A stretch of DNA of 64,000 nt, taken from the IMG/VR virus record IMGVR_UViG_3300029258_004075. The stretch is one strand, 5' to 3'. This document shows positions 1 to 9,898 of this stretch, in pieces (the first letter of the stretch is position 1; each line of letters starts with the position of its first letter). A program made the translations under genes and the position numbers. Under the pieces are notes generated by a model. It worked only from the letters and a program-made list of their open reading frames with translations. It was not told the origin of the DNA and searched no databases. This stretch comes from an uncultured virus (IMG/VR IMGVR_UViG_3300029258_004075). Lineage: Duplodnaviria > Heunggongvirae > Uroviricota > Caudoviricetes.

Positions 1-22
1 CCAACTTCCAATTGCTGGTAGA

Positions 23-343
23 ATGGAATCAGTCTATCGAATAGTATCAAAAGAAACAGGTGAAGAAATTGCCGACTTCATGAAAACGCCAAACCACTCA
101 AACCTCTACACTACCATTAGTGGAGTCCGATGGGAAACCCTTGAACATGCCAAGCTAGCATATAGAAGAATTCTATCAAACCCAGCTTGCATAGAGAGAT
201 GGGACAAAGCAAGAAGAGACCTAAATAGAATAGAAATCTTTGAACGTAAAATTAACAAAAAAACATCAAGAAAAACAATCAGCAAATCCGAAATTCCAGA
301 ACCTTTCGTTATGGTTCGAGTACCAACAGTTTCATGGGGATAA
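23..343 (+). CDS. hypothetical protein
   Basis: ORF on the coding strand. Confidence 0.55.
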   Translation: MESVYRIVSKETGEEIADFMKTPNHSNLYTTISGVRWETLEHAKLAYRRILSNPACIERWDKARRDLNRIEIFERKINKKTSRKTISKSEIPEPFVMVRVPTVSWG

Positions 344-412
344 AGTATGTCAAGAAGAACAATGTTTAAAAATCAAAAGTATAAATTTGATGTTTATTAA
401 GAGGAGATAAAA

Positions 413-808
413 ATGAAAAAAGAAACATTCTTCTTTGAAGGAGACCCGGAGTTCCCTCTATGGAGAGGCGAACATAAATGTATACCAACGGAAGCTGGAA
501 TAGTATCATATATCAAAAAGAATACAGATGGTGGAATAAAAGTTAATAATGCTGAATCCAAAGCTTATGATATAGAAAAGATGTATTCGGGTAGTTTTCC
601 AATCTTCTGTGAGGTTTGGAAAGGAAAATTTACAGGACCAAAAGTCTTTGTTGTAAAAGGTTGTTTTGATGAACAAGAAGATATTTTCTACTTCAGCGTC
701 CATGAAGAAAGAAAACCTGAAAGATTAGCTTCAGATGGTTGGGCAATGACAAGATATCCAATGGGTTTCCGAGAACGAAGACCACGACCTGGAAGAGACA
801 GATGGTAA
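413..808 (+). CDS. hypothetical protein
   Basis: ORF with AGGAG RBS. Confidence 0.7.
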   Translation: MKKETFFFEGDPEFPLWRGEHKCIPTEAGIVSYIKKNTDGGIKVNNAESKAYDIEKMYSGSFPIFCEVWKGKFTGPKVFVVKGCFDEQEDIFYFSVHEERKPERLASDGWAMTRYPMGFRERRPRPGRDRW

Positions 809-1018
809 AAACAAAAATGAGTAAAAGGAGTGTACTAAAAAATGTTATATTATTTTTATGGATATTCAACTAAAGGAAGATTAGTATTTGTAGGAACAAA
901 TAAAGAAAAAATGGAACAAATGAGAAAAGAGTTCTTATCAGTACACCACAAACATAAAACATCAAACATTTTTCCATGTAATGATATTAAGATATTTGAA
1001 GTATAAAGGAGGACTAAA

Positions 1019-1105
1019 ATGCCAGATAGAGATGGAAAAGGACCAAGAAAAAGAAGCCGTTATCCAAGCAGACCGAAAGGTGGAAGAAAGAAAGGAAAAT
1101 GTTAA
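1019..1105 (+). CDS. small basic peptide MPDRDGKGPRKRSRYPSRPKGGRKKGKC
   Basis: AGGAGG RBS; 28 aa, translated by hand. Confidence 0.6.
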   Translation: MPDRDGKGPRKRSRYPSRPKGGRKKGKC

Positions 1106-1114
1106 GGTGATAAA

Positions 1115-1330
1115 ATGGGATATAGAAAAAAATATAATTCTGGAAGTCTAAAAGTTGTACAATTTGAAAACAGACATGGCAAAAAGAAATGGGGAGTAGT
1201 AAATGGTTCTAAATTAGTTAGTCATGTTGGAGGATATGACACAAAAAAACTTGCAAATGAAGTAAGGGATAGATTATACAAAGAAAAAATATATGTGTTT
1301 ACTCCAGGTAAAAAAAGGATAAAGAAATGA
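1115..1330 (+). CDS. hypothetical basic protein
   Basis: AGGTGA RBS. Confidence 0.7.
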   Translation: MGYRKKYNSGSLKVVQFENRHGKKKWGVVNGSKLVSHVGGYDTKKLANEVRDRLYKEKIYVFTPGKKRIKK

Positions 1331-1360
1331 TATGGATAGTTTTTGATAAAGGAGAAACCG

Positions 1361-2074
1361 ATGAAGAAAGTTCCAAACTTTTGGAAAGTAGAACCAATAC
1401 ATTTCAATCTTGACACAGACCGTGATAACGTATTAGATTATAAAGATTGTAGACCGTTTAATCCAAAAAAACAGCACGTAACAGGAAATATGAAAAGGAG
1501 AATCAGAGAATTAGATATTAATGTTTGTGATAACTATGAAGGTTTTATCTATCACATTTTATCAAATGAAGCAAAAAAATATGCTCCTATTTCAAGAGAA
1601 CATTTGCTTGCTGTATTTAATAAATATCCAGGTATCTTAAGTAAGATTGAAAAATTAGATAAAAAGAAACCAATTACGCTCATACATACAAAAGTAAAAC
1701 TAGAACCTTATGATTCAATCGGCTATTCAGAAAAAAGTGATAATGAACCATATAATAAAATTGTTACAACATCTCAACTTCCAAAAATGGTTGAAGAACT
1801 AATTAATGAATATGAAGAAGAAATTCAAAGGAGAATAAGAATAGATACGACTGCAAACACATTATATCATGAACTTCGTCATATTGAACAAAAACAATAT
1901 TATCTTTTTGATAAAATAGATAAGAAAACAACACCATATAAAGAAAGAATAAAAGAAATAGATGCAAGAGTTGGAGCAGAAGAAGAAATATCAAAGTATT
2001 ATAGAAGAAGTAAGACACCAATGAACGATTTAGTAAATTTCACGTTTAAAAGAAATAAAAATAGAAAGAGGTAA
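1361..2074 (+). CDS. putative zincin metallopeptidase with N-terminal DTDxD...DCxPF motif
   Basis: HELRH plus downstream EIDA; LDTDRDNVLDYKDCRPF; paralog of 7517. Confidence 0.6.
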   Translation: MKKVPNFWKVEPIHFNLDTDRDNVLDYKDCRPFNPKKQHVTGNMKRRIRELDINVCDNYEGFIYHILSNEAKKYAPISREHLLAVFNKYPGILSKIEKLDKKKPITLIHTKVKLEPYDSIGYSEKSDNEPYNKIVTTSQLPKMVEELINEYEEEIQRRIRIDTTANTLYHELRHIEQKQYYLFDKIDKKTTPYKERIKEIDARVGAEEEISKYYRRSKTPMNDLVNFTFKRNKNRKR

Positions 2075-2080
2075 TAAATC

Positions 2081-2485
2081 ATGCCGTTTGACCCACCAGA
2101 TATTTATGGAGTAGACAACCTTAACAGAAGAGATAATGAAGATGAAATAGCACGTTCAATCTTAAATAATGGCTTTCTTGCAATAGGTCACGATTGGCCT
2201 TCAAACTATAGACGCCAATTCATCAACTATTTCAACAGTCTTGGAGCAAGCAGAAAATTCATTAACGAACTGGAGAACATGTTTAACTATAAAGCTGATT
2301 ATGAGGACCCAAGAACGAATCCTATTTCTCGCTACGATGCATTTTACCCAGAAGAAGAAATCATGAGCGAAGAAGACATCAAAGAAGGTGCGTGGGATAA
2401 TATGCGCCATCAAGCAAAGGTCCTTGATAAAATTGCAAAAAGAGAGAATCTATATCAAAGAATGAAACAACAAATTATGTGGTGA
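2081..2485 (+). CDS. hypothetical protein (FxPPDIY N-terminus)
   Basis: GAGGT RBS; N-terminus shared with 5302. Confidence 0.7.
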   Translation: MPFDPPDIYGVDNLNRRDNEDEIARSILNNGFLAIGHDWPSNYRRQFINYFNSLGASRKFINELENMFNYKADYEDPRTNPISRYDAFYPEEEIMSEEDIKEGAWDNMRHQAKVLDKIAKRENLYQRMKQQIMW

Positions 2486-2515
2486 AGGAAAAATATAAAA
2501 GGAAGTGAGGTATGT

Positions 2516-2758
2516 ATGACAAAAGAAAAATGGTACACACATGGAAAAACAACCGGCTGGAACAAAGAAAACAAAGCAACAACTCGTAGACGTAAACTTC
2601 TTGCAACAACCGACAAGCGAAAAACGCTACACAACAGATACCTCGAAGCAGCTCGTAGAATACAAGCCCTCGCAAACGTAAATCAGGACCCTGAAACCCA
2701 GCGCAAAGCAAAAGCAGATGCTGACTATTTCTTCCGCATGGCAAGAAGACACAAGTGA
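2516..2758 (+). CDS. small basic protein
   Basis: GAGGT RBS; Arg/Lys-rich. Confidence 0.7.
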   Translation: MTKEKWYTHGKTTGWNKENKATTRRRKLLATTDKRKTLHNRYLEAARRIQALANVNQDPETQRKAKADADYFFRMARRHK

Positions 2759-2762
2759 TGTT

Positions 2763-3059
2763 ATGCCAATCAAAAGAACACCTATTATCCCAATCGAAGC
2801 AATAAATATGATAGCTGTTAAAATGAATCAAAAGAAATCAAAACAAGAAGCGTTCTTCTTCACTAAGGATGCTCGAGATGCTTTCGTATCAATGTTCAAA
2901 GACGATTGGATAAAATCAGGAGATGCGTATAGTATAGAAAAAGGAAGATTTAGAGGACCAGAAGGACAATGGATATATGACATAAAAGCAAAAATAAATC
3001 CTAAATACCTTATAGAGTTTTATAGAGAAGTAAATAGATATGAAGGAGTTACACCATGA
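2763..3059 (+). CDS. N-tag family protein (PIIPI variant)
   Basis: MPIKRTPIIPIE. Confidence 0.75.
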   Translation: MPIKRTPIIPIEAINMIAVKMNQKKSKQEAFFFTKDARDAFVSMFKDDWIKSGDAYSIEKGRFRGPEGQWIYDIKAKINPKYLIEFYREVNRYEGVTP

Positions 3060-3110
3060 TATTTGAATTAATGCTTAATCAATTCTTAGAATTAGAAGAA
3101 GAGGAAAGAC

Positions 3111-3722
3111 ATGCGAAAAAGTAAAAAAATAAAAATTAAACCAATACGCTTTCATTTAAATACAGACATCGACCGAGATGGAATCTACGACTGGAAAGAT
3201 TGCAAGCCGTTCAATCCACACAAACAAGACCTAGGACCTTCCGAATACAAACTAGAAAATGAAGAAGACTATCATAAACTTTACATTAAAGTCCAGAGCA
3301 ACGCGTACAAAGAATACGATAAGAACCTCAAAAAAGCACGGCAAGAAGTCAAAGAAATAGCATATTACATAACCCGTCTTAAGACTGAAAAGAGAAACTA
3401 TTCAGCCGTAGGACCTTGGAACAGAACAGAGCGCGGACTCCCGTCATTCCAATTCCAAACTGGCTATTACCCCCACCCAAACATCCCTGGTCAAATCCTT
3501 GAAATCTACGACGGCGGACACGACGTATATCTATACATAGACATCACCGGCTACATGGGTAAATATTCATCCATTTACCTCAACGAAAACTTTCAGCGTG
3601 GCTGGGGTAGTGGTTTGATGCAAAAACTCATCCTAATCATTACAGCACTTGACAAAGAAAAAATTGGACCGTATTTCCCTGAATTTATGAAATACGTATA
3701 TTATAATGAATATAAAAAGTGA
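3111..3722 (+). CDS. DTDxD...DCxPF motif protein
   Basis: TDIDRDGIYDWKDCKPFNPHKQ. Confidence 0.7.
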   Translation: MRKSKKIKIKPIRFHLNTDIDRDGIYDWKDCKPFNPHKQDLGPSEYKLENEEDYHKLYIKVQSNAYKEYDKNLKKARQEVKEIAYYITRLKTEKRNYSAVGPWNRTERGLPSFQFQTGYYPHPNIPGQILEIYDGGHDVYLYIDITGYMGKYSSIYLNENFQRGWGSGLMQKLILIITALDKEKIGPYFPEFMKYVYYNEYKK

Positions 3723-3726
3723 TACT

Positions 3727-4026
3727 ATGCCTGTAAGAAGAACACCAATTATTGATATCAACACTGGAGAAGTAATAAGAGGATTGAAGAGAAGAGAACG
3801 CAAACTAAAACTCAATCAAAAGAGATTCACTGAATATGAAGAAAATGAAGGCAATCAGTATGGTCCTATTGATGCGATTGAATTTACTGATGATGAAGCC
3901 AACATCATTATATATTGGTCAGATGCGACAGTTACAAGAAATAGAATAGACTTTGATGAGTTCCTCAATCTCCTTAGAAGAGGGGAAGAACAAATTATAG
4001 AAAGAGGATATTCATACAATAGGTGA
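3727..4026 (+). CDS. N-tag family protein
   Basis: MPVRRTPIIDINTGEVI. Confidence 0.8.
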   Translation: MPVRRTPIIDINTGEVIRGLKRRERKLKLNQKRFTEYEENEGNQYGPIDAIEFTDDEANIIIYWSDATVTRNRIDFDEFLNLLRRGEEQIIERGYSYNR

Positions 4027-4030
4027 TGCT

Positions 4031-4294
4031 TTGCCTATCAAAAAAATTCCTATCATAGATATCAATACCGGAAAGACCATCACACATCTAAAAGAGAAAA
4101 AGAAAGAATGGAAGAAACATGCACAAAAACTTCCAAAAGGACACGTCCTATTACACGACTGCGGAAAACGCTATCACGATTACTGCTGCGGTCACACAGA
4201 AATCGAGGTAGAAGACAGCCGATTTGGTATCGTCGAATACGAAACAATGCATTGGGACTGCGGTTGCATCTCCCACATGACAGGTGAAGAATAA
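4031..4294 (+). CDS. N-tag family protein, Cys/His-rich
   Basis: TTG start; MPIKKIPIIDINTGKTI. Confidence 0.8.
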   Translation: MPIKKIPIIDINTGKTITHLKEKKKEWKKHAQKLPKGHVLLHDCGKRYHDYCCGHTEIEVEDSRFGIVEYETMHWDCGCISHMTGEE

Positions 4295-4296
4295 AT

Positions 4297-4731
4297 ATGA
4301 GCATATTTGATGATTACTATAAAGTAAAGAAATACAAAAAGAAGATAATCACAAATCCAAATATGTTTGATGAGAAAGGACGTTTAATACCTATCAAGGA
4401 CCGCATCAAAACGGTCACAGTAGAAAAAAAAGTCAAACCTAATATTGTAGAAGAATACAAGAAAGCAAGAAAAAAACCATACTGCAAAAAAGGAAAAAAC
4501 TTCAAAGCAAAAGGAGACTTTAAAGCAGTTATTACCGTAATAACACAACCAAACCAATCATACACAGAATGGCTTGTCGATTATTATGAATACGGAAAGC
4601 TTGAGGAAAAGGTAAGATTTACAAATCAAACAGAACTCTTTAGATACCTATGGGAAGTAGGTGGACACGATTTCATAAATAACGACATGACAGATGTCAA
4701 CTATGATAACGTGTTCTTTGTAAAGAGATAA
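4297..4731 (+). CDS. hypothetical protein
   Basis: Tightly packed ORF. Confidence 0.7.
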   Translation: MSIFDDYYKVKKYKKKIITNPNMFDEKGRLIPIKDRIKTVTVEKKVKPNIVEEYKKARKKPYCKKGKNFKAKGDFKAVITVITQPNQSYTEWLVDYYEYGKLEEKVRFTNQTELFRYLWEVGGHDFINNDMTDVNYDNVFFVKR

Positions 4732-4779
4732 CATGAAACTAATATAGAAGCAATTAGATGAAGACAGTTGGTTATACGA

Positions 4780-5196
4780 ATGAGAAAAATACCAATAATT
4801 GATATAGATTTCGACCAATTCAAAAAACAGTGGAAGAAGAAATCCATAACCTATAAACACAACTCCTCTTTACTGGAGAGAATATACGGCATTGTGTTTG
4901 AATCTGTGAAAAAGAACCAAGAAATGATAAGCAGAACAGACAACCTGTACAAAGTTGAAAATATTCCGTTGACTGTCTTTGAACTTCGCTTTCCAGAAAT
5001 CACTAGAAGAAATGCATTTAAAAACTTAATAGAAGAATCAGACGACAATAAAGCATTCCTGGTCCAGCAATACAAAGTAAGAAGGGGAGACCCAGGAGAT
5101 ATTAGAAGACAATTAGACCTAAAACTCCTACACCGCTACGTCTTAGTATGGGGTTTAGGACCAGCAGAAAACATTTTATTATATGAGGTAAAATAA
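4780..5196 (+). CDS. N-tag family protein
   Basis: MRKIPIIDIDFDQFK. Confidence 0.75.
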   Translation: MRKIPIIDIDFDQFKKQWKKKSITYKHNSSLLERIYGIVFESVKKNQEMISRTDNLYKVENIPLTVFELRFPEITRRNAFKNLIEESDDNKAFLVQQYKVRRGDPGDIRRQLDLKLLHRYVLVWGLGPAENILLYEVK

Positions 5197-5297
5197 TGAA
5201 AAGAAAAGTACCAAGAACATCAAGAGCAAAAACAAAGATGACACTAAGAACAAAAGGAAAACCACGCCGAAAGCATAGAGCAAGACCAAGGCGATAA
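5196..5297 (+). CDS. protamine-like basic peptide
   Basis: MKRKVPRTSRAKTKMTLRTKGKPRRKHRARPRR; TAATG coupling; GAGGT RBS. Confidence 0.6.
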   Translation: MKRKVPRTSRAKTKMTLRTKGKPRRKHRARPRR

Positions 5298-5301
5298 ATA
5301 C

Positions 5302-5703
5302 ATGTTTAATCCACCCGACATCTACAACATCACTTGTCCTTCTGTTGAAGAAACATATACAAACATAGCAAGGGCATTAGGTAGAGGAAAAAGACCAGAT
5401 AAAAAAGACATTATCTGTTATCTTAGAGGGTGGAAAAACCTTGATACCTGTTCAAGACACAAGAGCAACTACTTCTATCAGCACTTTGGTCATATAGAGT
5501 GTATCGGTTCTGGTAAAGCAGAAAAGGTACTTGTTGTCGCTATCAAAGGCAACCCTAAAAATTTCGGTATTCATGTCCTTTGTGATGACTGTGCTGAAAG
5601 ATATATGCAAAGCGATAAACAGGAAGTTAAGACAGTATCAAAATATAAAAAAATAACACCTAGAAAAGAAATCTATATATACAATGTGGATGAGTTAGTA
5701 TGA
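5302..5703 (+). CDS. hypothetical Cys-containing protein (FxPPDIY N-terminus)
   Basis: MFNPPDIY; CDDC. Confidence 0.7.
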   Translation: MFNPPDIYNITCPSVEETYTNIARALGRGKRPDKKDIICYLRGWKNLDTCSRHKSNYFYQHFGHIECIGSGKAEKVLVVAIKGNPKNFGIHVLCDDCAERYMQSDKQEVKTVSKYKKITPRKEIYIYNVDELV

Positions 5704-6161
5704 AAGTGATAGACCCAGTACCAACTTTCACAGCACAAATGCGCTTAGACGACTATCAACATCCAACAGCAGTCGTTCGCGTGAAACCAAAGCGCTTCCT
5801 AGAATTAGCCCTACCGAAAGACAGCATCGACAACATTCTCGAACCGTCCGTCTACAATCAACAATCACTACAGAACCTCCATCATCGTCTACAAAGTTCT
5901 CTAGACATAGACCCTCCATCACTCGAGGTTGACAGCGACACAAACGAAGTAGTTAACCACAGCGGGCGACACCGAGCACTAACCGCGTATCGTATGGGTC
6001 TTAAAACAATTCCAGTACTACTCTACTATGTCCGTTACTGCAAGGACTACATGCACAACATCAAAAAATCCTTCATATCTCCTCCAAAAGAGATTCATAT
6101 CTCAAAATTAAAACCTGAAACATTTAGAAGACCACACGAGGTACAAAGATATTGTGATTAA
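5700..6161 (+). CDS. ParB/Srx-like domain protein
   Basis: SGRHRALTAYRMGLKTIPV resembles the ParB GxxR motif. Confidence 0.6.
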   Translation: MKVIDPVPTFTAQMRLDDYQHPTAVVRVKPKRFLELALPKDSIDNILEPSVYNQQSLQNLHHRLQSSLDIDPPSLEVDSDTNEVVNHSGRHRALTAYRMGLKTIPVLLYYVRYCKDYMHNIKKSFISPPKEIHISKLKPETFRRPHEVQRYCD

Positions 6162-6196
6162 TATGAAGAATCAACATCTAATATATATGTGATACT

Positions 6197-6499
6197 ATGC
6201 CAATTAAGAAAACCCCAATAATAGACATTAATCCAACGCAATTTAAGAACTCTTTCTCTTCTAACAGAAAACGTGAGAAGGCAAAAGAACCTGTTTGTCC
6301 TGAATGCGGAACAAATATTTATAGAAAATATGGATATGTAGAGTATTCTCAATCAATACAAGAGACAGGACAGTATACAAAAAATGAAGAATGGATAGAA
6401 GTTGAACGAGAACCTGGTGGTGAGGCGTATTTTTCATGCCCTGAATGCGGTACGGAATTATCACCAAGAGTTGTTGACGAGGTTCTACACTTAAGATAA
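6197..6499 (+). CDS. N-tag family protein with Zn ribbon
   Basis: MPIKKTPIIDIN; two CPECG motifs. Confidence 0.8.
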   Translation: MPIKKTPIIDINPTQFKNSFSSNRKREKAKEPVCPECGTNIYRKYGYVEYSQSIQETGQYTKNEEWIEVEREPGGEAYFSCPECGTELSPRVVDEVLHLR

Positions 6500-6511
6500 G
6501 GAGTTAATAAT

Positions 6512-6853
6512 ATGCCCAAAAAAAGACCAATCGTAGATATTCCAGATATATGGAACGTAAAGAATAAAATAAGGCAGATTTCCTCTACAAAACAATACGT
6601 AGTAGATATTGAGATAGAAGGAACACTTGGTGGCACCTTGATAAATGATATCGAAGCTAAAAGCAAAAAGGAAGCAGCACAATTAGCAAAGAAGAGAGTT
6701 AATGATAGCATTAACAGACCAGGATATGCCTTAGAAGACGCTATTATAGATGGAATACATGACGCTATGCAGAGGTACGGCTTGGGTGGTTCTATGCACT
6801 TTAATTTTACTTACATAGCAGAACCAACTGAAGATAATGTAATGGAAGATTAA
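6512..6853 (+). CDS. N-tag family protein (divergent)
   Basis: MPKKRPIVDIP. Confidence 0.7.
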   Translation: MPKKRPIVDIPDIWNVKNKIRQISSTKQYVVDIEIEGTLGGTLINDIEAKSKKEAAQLAKKRVNDSINRPGYALEDAIIDGIHDAMQRYGLGGSMHFNFTYIAEPTEDNVMED

Positions 6854-6864
6854 AAGGTGAAAAA

Positions 6865-7077
6865 ATGGGAAAAGTAGTTTATCCAAATAAGAAAACCTCC
6901 TCATCTCATAAGGTTAAGGTAATAGACCCAACCCCAATTTGGATTGGAACAACCAAAGACTCCAACATCAAACGGATGATGACAGCGGAAGAAGCGGAGC
7001 GTTGGGTGAAAGAGGACCCATACAATAGAAAATTAACTGCGTATACAATCGCAGGAAAACTACGAAAGGTGAATTAA
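6865..7077 (+). CDS. hypothetical protein
   Basis: AGGTGA RBS; KVIDPxP shared with 5700. Confidence 0.65.
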   Translation: MGKVVYPNKKTSSSHKVKVIDPTPIWIGTTKDSNIKRMMTAEEAERWVKEDPYNRKLTAYTIAGKLRKVN

Positions 7078-7512
7078 ATGAAATATTCTCAATGGAAAAA
7101 AAGAAAAATAGCAAAGGATAGAAAAGAATCGATTAAATATGATGATTCTATAAAAATGCAAGTTTCACACATATACAGTATAACACCCAAATTTAACAAA
7201 ACATCTGGACTTAAAATGTCAGGTTTGGGCTTTGGTGGATTTAAAATGAATGCAGGAAAATCATTTAAGCCAACATGGATGAATAAACAAGAAAAAGATA
7301 GCGAAGAGGCAATGGAGTATTTCAATAAGTTCATGACAGATGCAAAATGGAAACAATTATACAAAAAATTTCCAAATTGCGAAGACGAAGAACATGCTGA
7401 TTTTGGTCTTGCTATTGTATGGATTATTCAAGGAATGGGGAAAAAATATGGAAATAAAATTGATTATCTTCTTCCTGAAATAACAGAAATCATCACAAAT
7501 ACTTTAATGTGA
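7078..7512 (+). CDS. hypothetical protein
   Basis: AGGTGA RBS. Confidence 0.7.
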   Translation: MKYSQWKKRKIAKDRKESIKYDDSIKMQVSHIYSITPKFNKTSGLKMSGLGFGGFKMNAGKSFKPTWMNKQEKDSEEAMEYFNKFMTDAKWKQLYKKFPNCEDEEHADFGLAIVWIIQGMGKKYGNKIDYLLPEITEIITNTLM

Positions 7513-7516
7513 AAGA

Positions 7517-8293
7517 ATGAAAAGAAAAACGTTACCGATAACTATGAAACACATTAACCCTTTCAAACCAATACGTATAAGAAAAGTACACTTCAATTTA
7601 GACACTGACAAGGACGCAATCCCTGATTTCCTTGACTGTAGACCCTTCGACTATTGGAAACAGCACATTCACAAATCTACCCGTGAGCGTGTGAATCAGC
7701 TTGAAATATCTGTCGTTGGTGAAAAAGGAGAACTGAAAGGAGAAACAATCGAAATAACATCACCTCTTGCAAAAAAATATGCACCACAAGCGACAGCACA
7801 AATCTACAGCGTTATGCAAGAGTTCCCACATCTCCTTGGTGAAGTTGAGAGAGCGCAAGCGAAAAATCCAGACCTAGTCCTTATCCACACATATCAACCT
7901 TGGGAAATGATGAGTGGTCATCACTTTGGAACTCAATCAGGAGACGCCATCATAAGTCGTTCCAACTACCAGGGATATAAAGAACGTGGAGTAGAACATC
8001 CATATAAAAACGCAAGAGCTCTACTTGCCGAAACAATCTTCCATGAACTCGTACATGTCCGACAACAACAACGAGACCCGAAGTTCCGACAAAAATATGA
8101 TGCATTTGCAAGAAAGCATTCTCCACCAATGTCCATGTACAAAGACGAACCAGAAGAGAAGCAATATGCGCGGTATCGAATGAATCCGTATGAGGCGGAG
8201 GCATATCGAGAAGGTGAAGAAAAGACAAGAGAACGCTACACATGGCCTCCTGAAGAAGAAAGAAATGCTGGTTTTAGAAGAATTATCAAATAA
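7517..8293 (+). CDS. putative zincin metallopeptidase with DTDxD...DCxPF motif
   Basis: HELVH plus YEAEAY; paralog of 1361. Confidence 0.65.
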   Translation: MKRKTLPITMKHINPFKPIRIRKVHFNLDTDKDAIPDFLDCRPFDYWKQHIHKSTRERVNQLEISVVGEKGELKGETIEITSPLAKKYAPQATAQIYSVMQEFPHLLGEVERAQAKNPDLVLIHTYQPWEMMSGHHFGTQSGDAIISRSNYQGYKERGVEHPYKNARALLAETIFHELVHVRQQQRDPKFRQKYDAFARKHSPPMSMYKDEPEEKQYARYRMNPYEAEAYREGEEKTRERYTWPPEEERNAGFRRIIK

Positions 8294-8371
8294 TCAATAA
8301 TCATTAACTTGTAAGGATTCAATGGTAATGGATTTGGACCAAGTACAACTAATCAAAAAGAGGCGTTAACA

Positions 8372-8650
8372 ATGAAAAGAAAAAAACTAAATCTAGACAG
8401 GAAAAAAGACTTCAAACAGTTCAAATTCAACATCGACAATGTTTCAAAAATCATCAATAACAAAAAATATCAACTTATGGGAACATATCCAGACAATGAT
8501 GAACTCGTCAAAGACCTCAAACGACTCCACAAAAAGTGGGGATTTGAACTCCGCACTGAAAAAGCAAGCAAAAATACTGTCAAAGTATGGTCTAGAAAAG
8601 TAAAAACCATCAGAAATATTAAAATGAACCATAACTTTAAATATCCCTAA
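8372..8650 (+). CDS. hypothetical basic protein
   Basis: ORF with GAGG RBS. Confidence 0.65.
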   Translation: MKRKKLNLDRKKDFKQFKFNIDNVSKIINNKKYQLMGTYPDNDELVKDLKRLHKKWGFELRTEKASKNTVKVWSRKVKTIRNIKMNHNFKYP

Positions 8651-8684
8651 AACATTTATCTATTAAAATTAGGAGAAATATAAT

Positions 8685-9182
8685 ATGCCGATAAAAAAGA
8701 CCCCAATTATTGACATCAATACAGGAAGAATCATAAAAGAATTAAAGAGAAGAGAACGGGTAAAACCTGAGAGAACTTCTACTTCAGAACTTTATGACAA
8801 AGGTTATTTAGGCTGTGGTGGTGGAAGAGTCGGTTATTATCGAAAAACATATAGAGAAATGGTTCGCTTATTTGGAAAACCAGATACCGGCAGCGGTGAT
8901 GGAAAAGTATCAACAAGTTGGCTTTTTGTTTTTCCAGGAGAAGAAGTAGACCCACCTGTTCTTTCTGTAGAAGGATATAAGCCTTGCCCACTCACAATAG
9001 AATTTTATGATTACAAACAAACACATTTATATTCTCCTGAATTACCCACAGTTGAAGAATTTAGATATGAGTATAGAGATGTCCCATTTAATTGGCATGT
9101 TGGTTCTAATGGAACATTCAATCAAGTACAGAGAGTCTTGCAAGACTGGAAAGGAATAACCATTAAAAAAGAGAGATTCTGA
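8685..9182 (+). CDS. N-tag family protein
   Basis: MPIKKTPIIDINTGRII. Confidence 0.8.
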   Translation: MPIKKTPIIDINTGRIIKELKRRERVKPERTSTSELYDKGYLGCGGGRVGYYRKTYREMVRLFGKPDTGSGDGKVSTSWLFVFPGEEVDPPVLSVEGYKPCPLTIEFYDYKQTHLYSPELPTVEEFRYEYRDVPFNWHVGSNGTFNQVQRVLQDWKGITIKKERF

Positions 9183-9185
9183 AAT

Positions 9186-9611
9186 ATGATAAAGAAAACA
9201 CCCATAATAGACATCAACGTTTTTGATTTCATAAATAGTCGCAAAAACGCTACATTCCGACAGAACATAGATAGAGATACAATGTCAGGGCATGGTTGCA
9301 AGCACATGTCGAAACCTAATCCCAATAAAGGAATAGTACTAGTAAGGGTAAATTGGAAAGACAGCGAAATCAGATTTATTAAGAAGATAAAATTATATCA
9401 ATACAATGATGCGTTCTTTATAGCAATAAAACATAAAGCAAGAAATCCATACTACAATGAATTTGTATTTGAGACATTCAAAGAAGCTCTTAACTACCTA
9501 TATGATTTGATGATAGAAAGAAAGGAATGGGAAGGCAATACAGAATCATTTGAAACAAGATTTACTGAACAAGGAAAGAAAAGAGCAGAGAGTGAAGGAT
9601 TTATTATATGA
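9186..9611 (+). CDS. N-tag family protein
   Basis: MIKKTPIIDINV. Confidence 0.8.
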   Translation: MIKKTPIIDINVFDFINSRKNATFRQNIDRDTMSGHGCKHMSKPNPNKGIVLVRVNWKDSEIRFIKKIKLYQYNDAFFIAIKHKARNPYYNEFVFETFKEALNYLYDLMIERKEWEGNTESFETRFTEQGKKRAESEGFII

Positions 9612-9898
9612 TTAAGAAAATACCCATAATAGATGTTAACATAAAACAATTCAAATTAAATAATCGACGCACATCAAATTGGGTACTAATTAAAGACGTA
9701 CCAGGACATAAGAAATGGATAAACCGTATAAGCAATAGAATCGTATTTATAAACAATGAAATGAATGAAAATACCTTTTGGTATATCTACACAGGGATAG
9801 CTGACGACAGAGGAGGAGAATTAGAAGATGTTGGGAGGACAAAAACAAAGAGAGAAGCAGAAAATGCTGCAAAAGCGCTAATGGAGGGATTTGAATAA
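9608..9898 (+). CDS. N-tag family protein
   Basis: MIKKIPIIDVNI. Confidence 0.8.
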   Translation: MIKKIPIIDVNIKQFKLNNRRTSNWVLIKDVPGHKKWINRISNRIVFINNEMNENTFWYIYTGIADDRGGELEDVGRTKTKREAENAAKALMEGFE

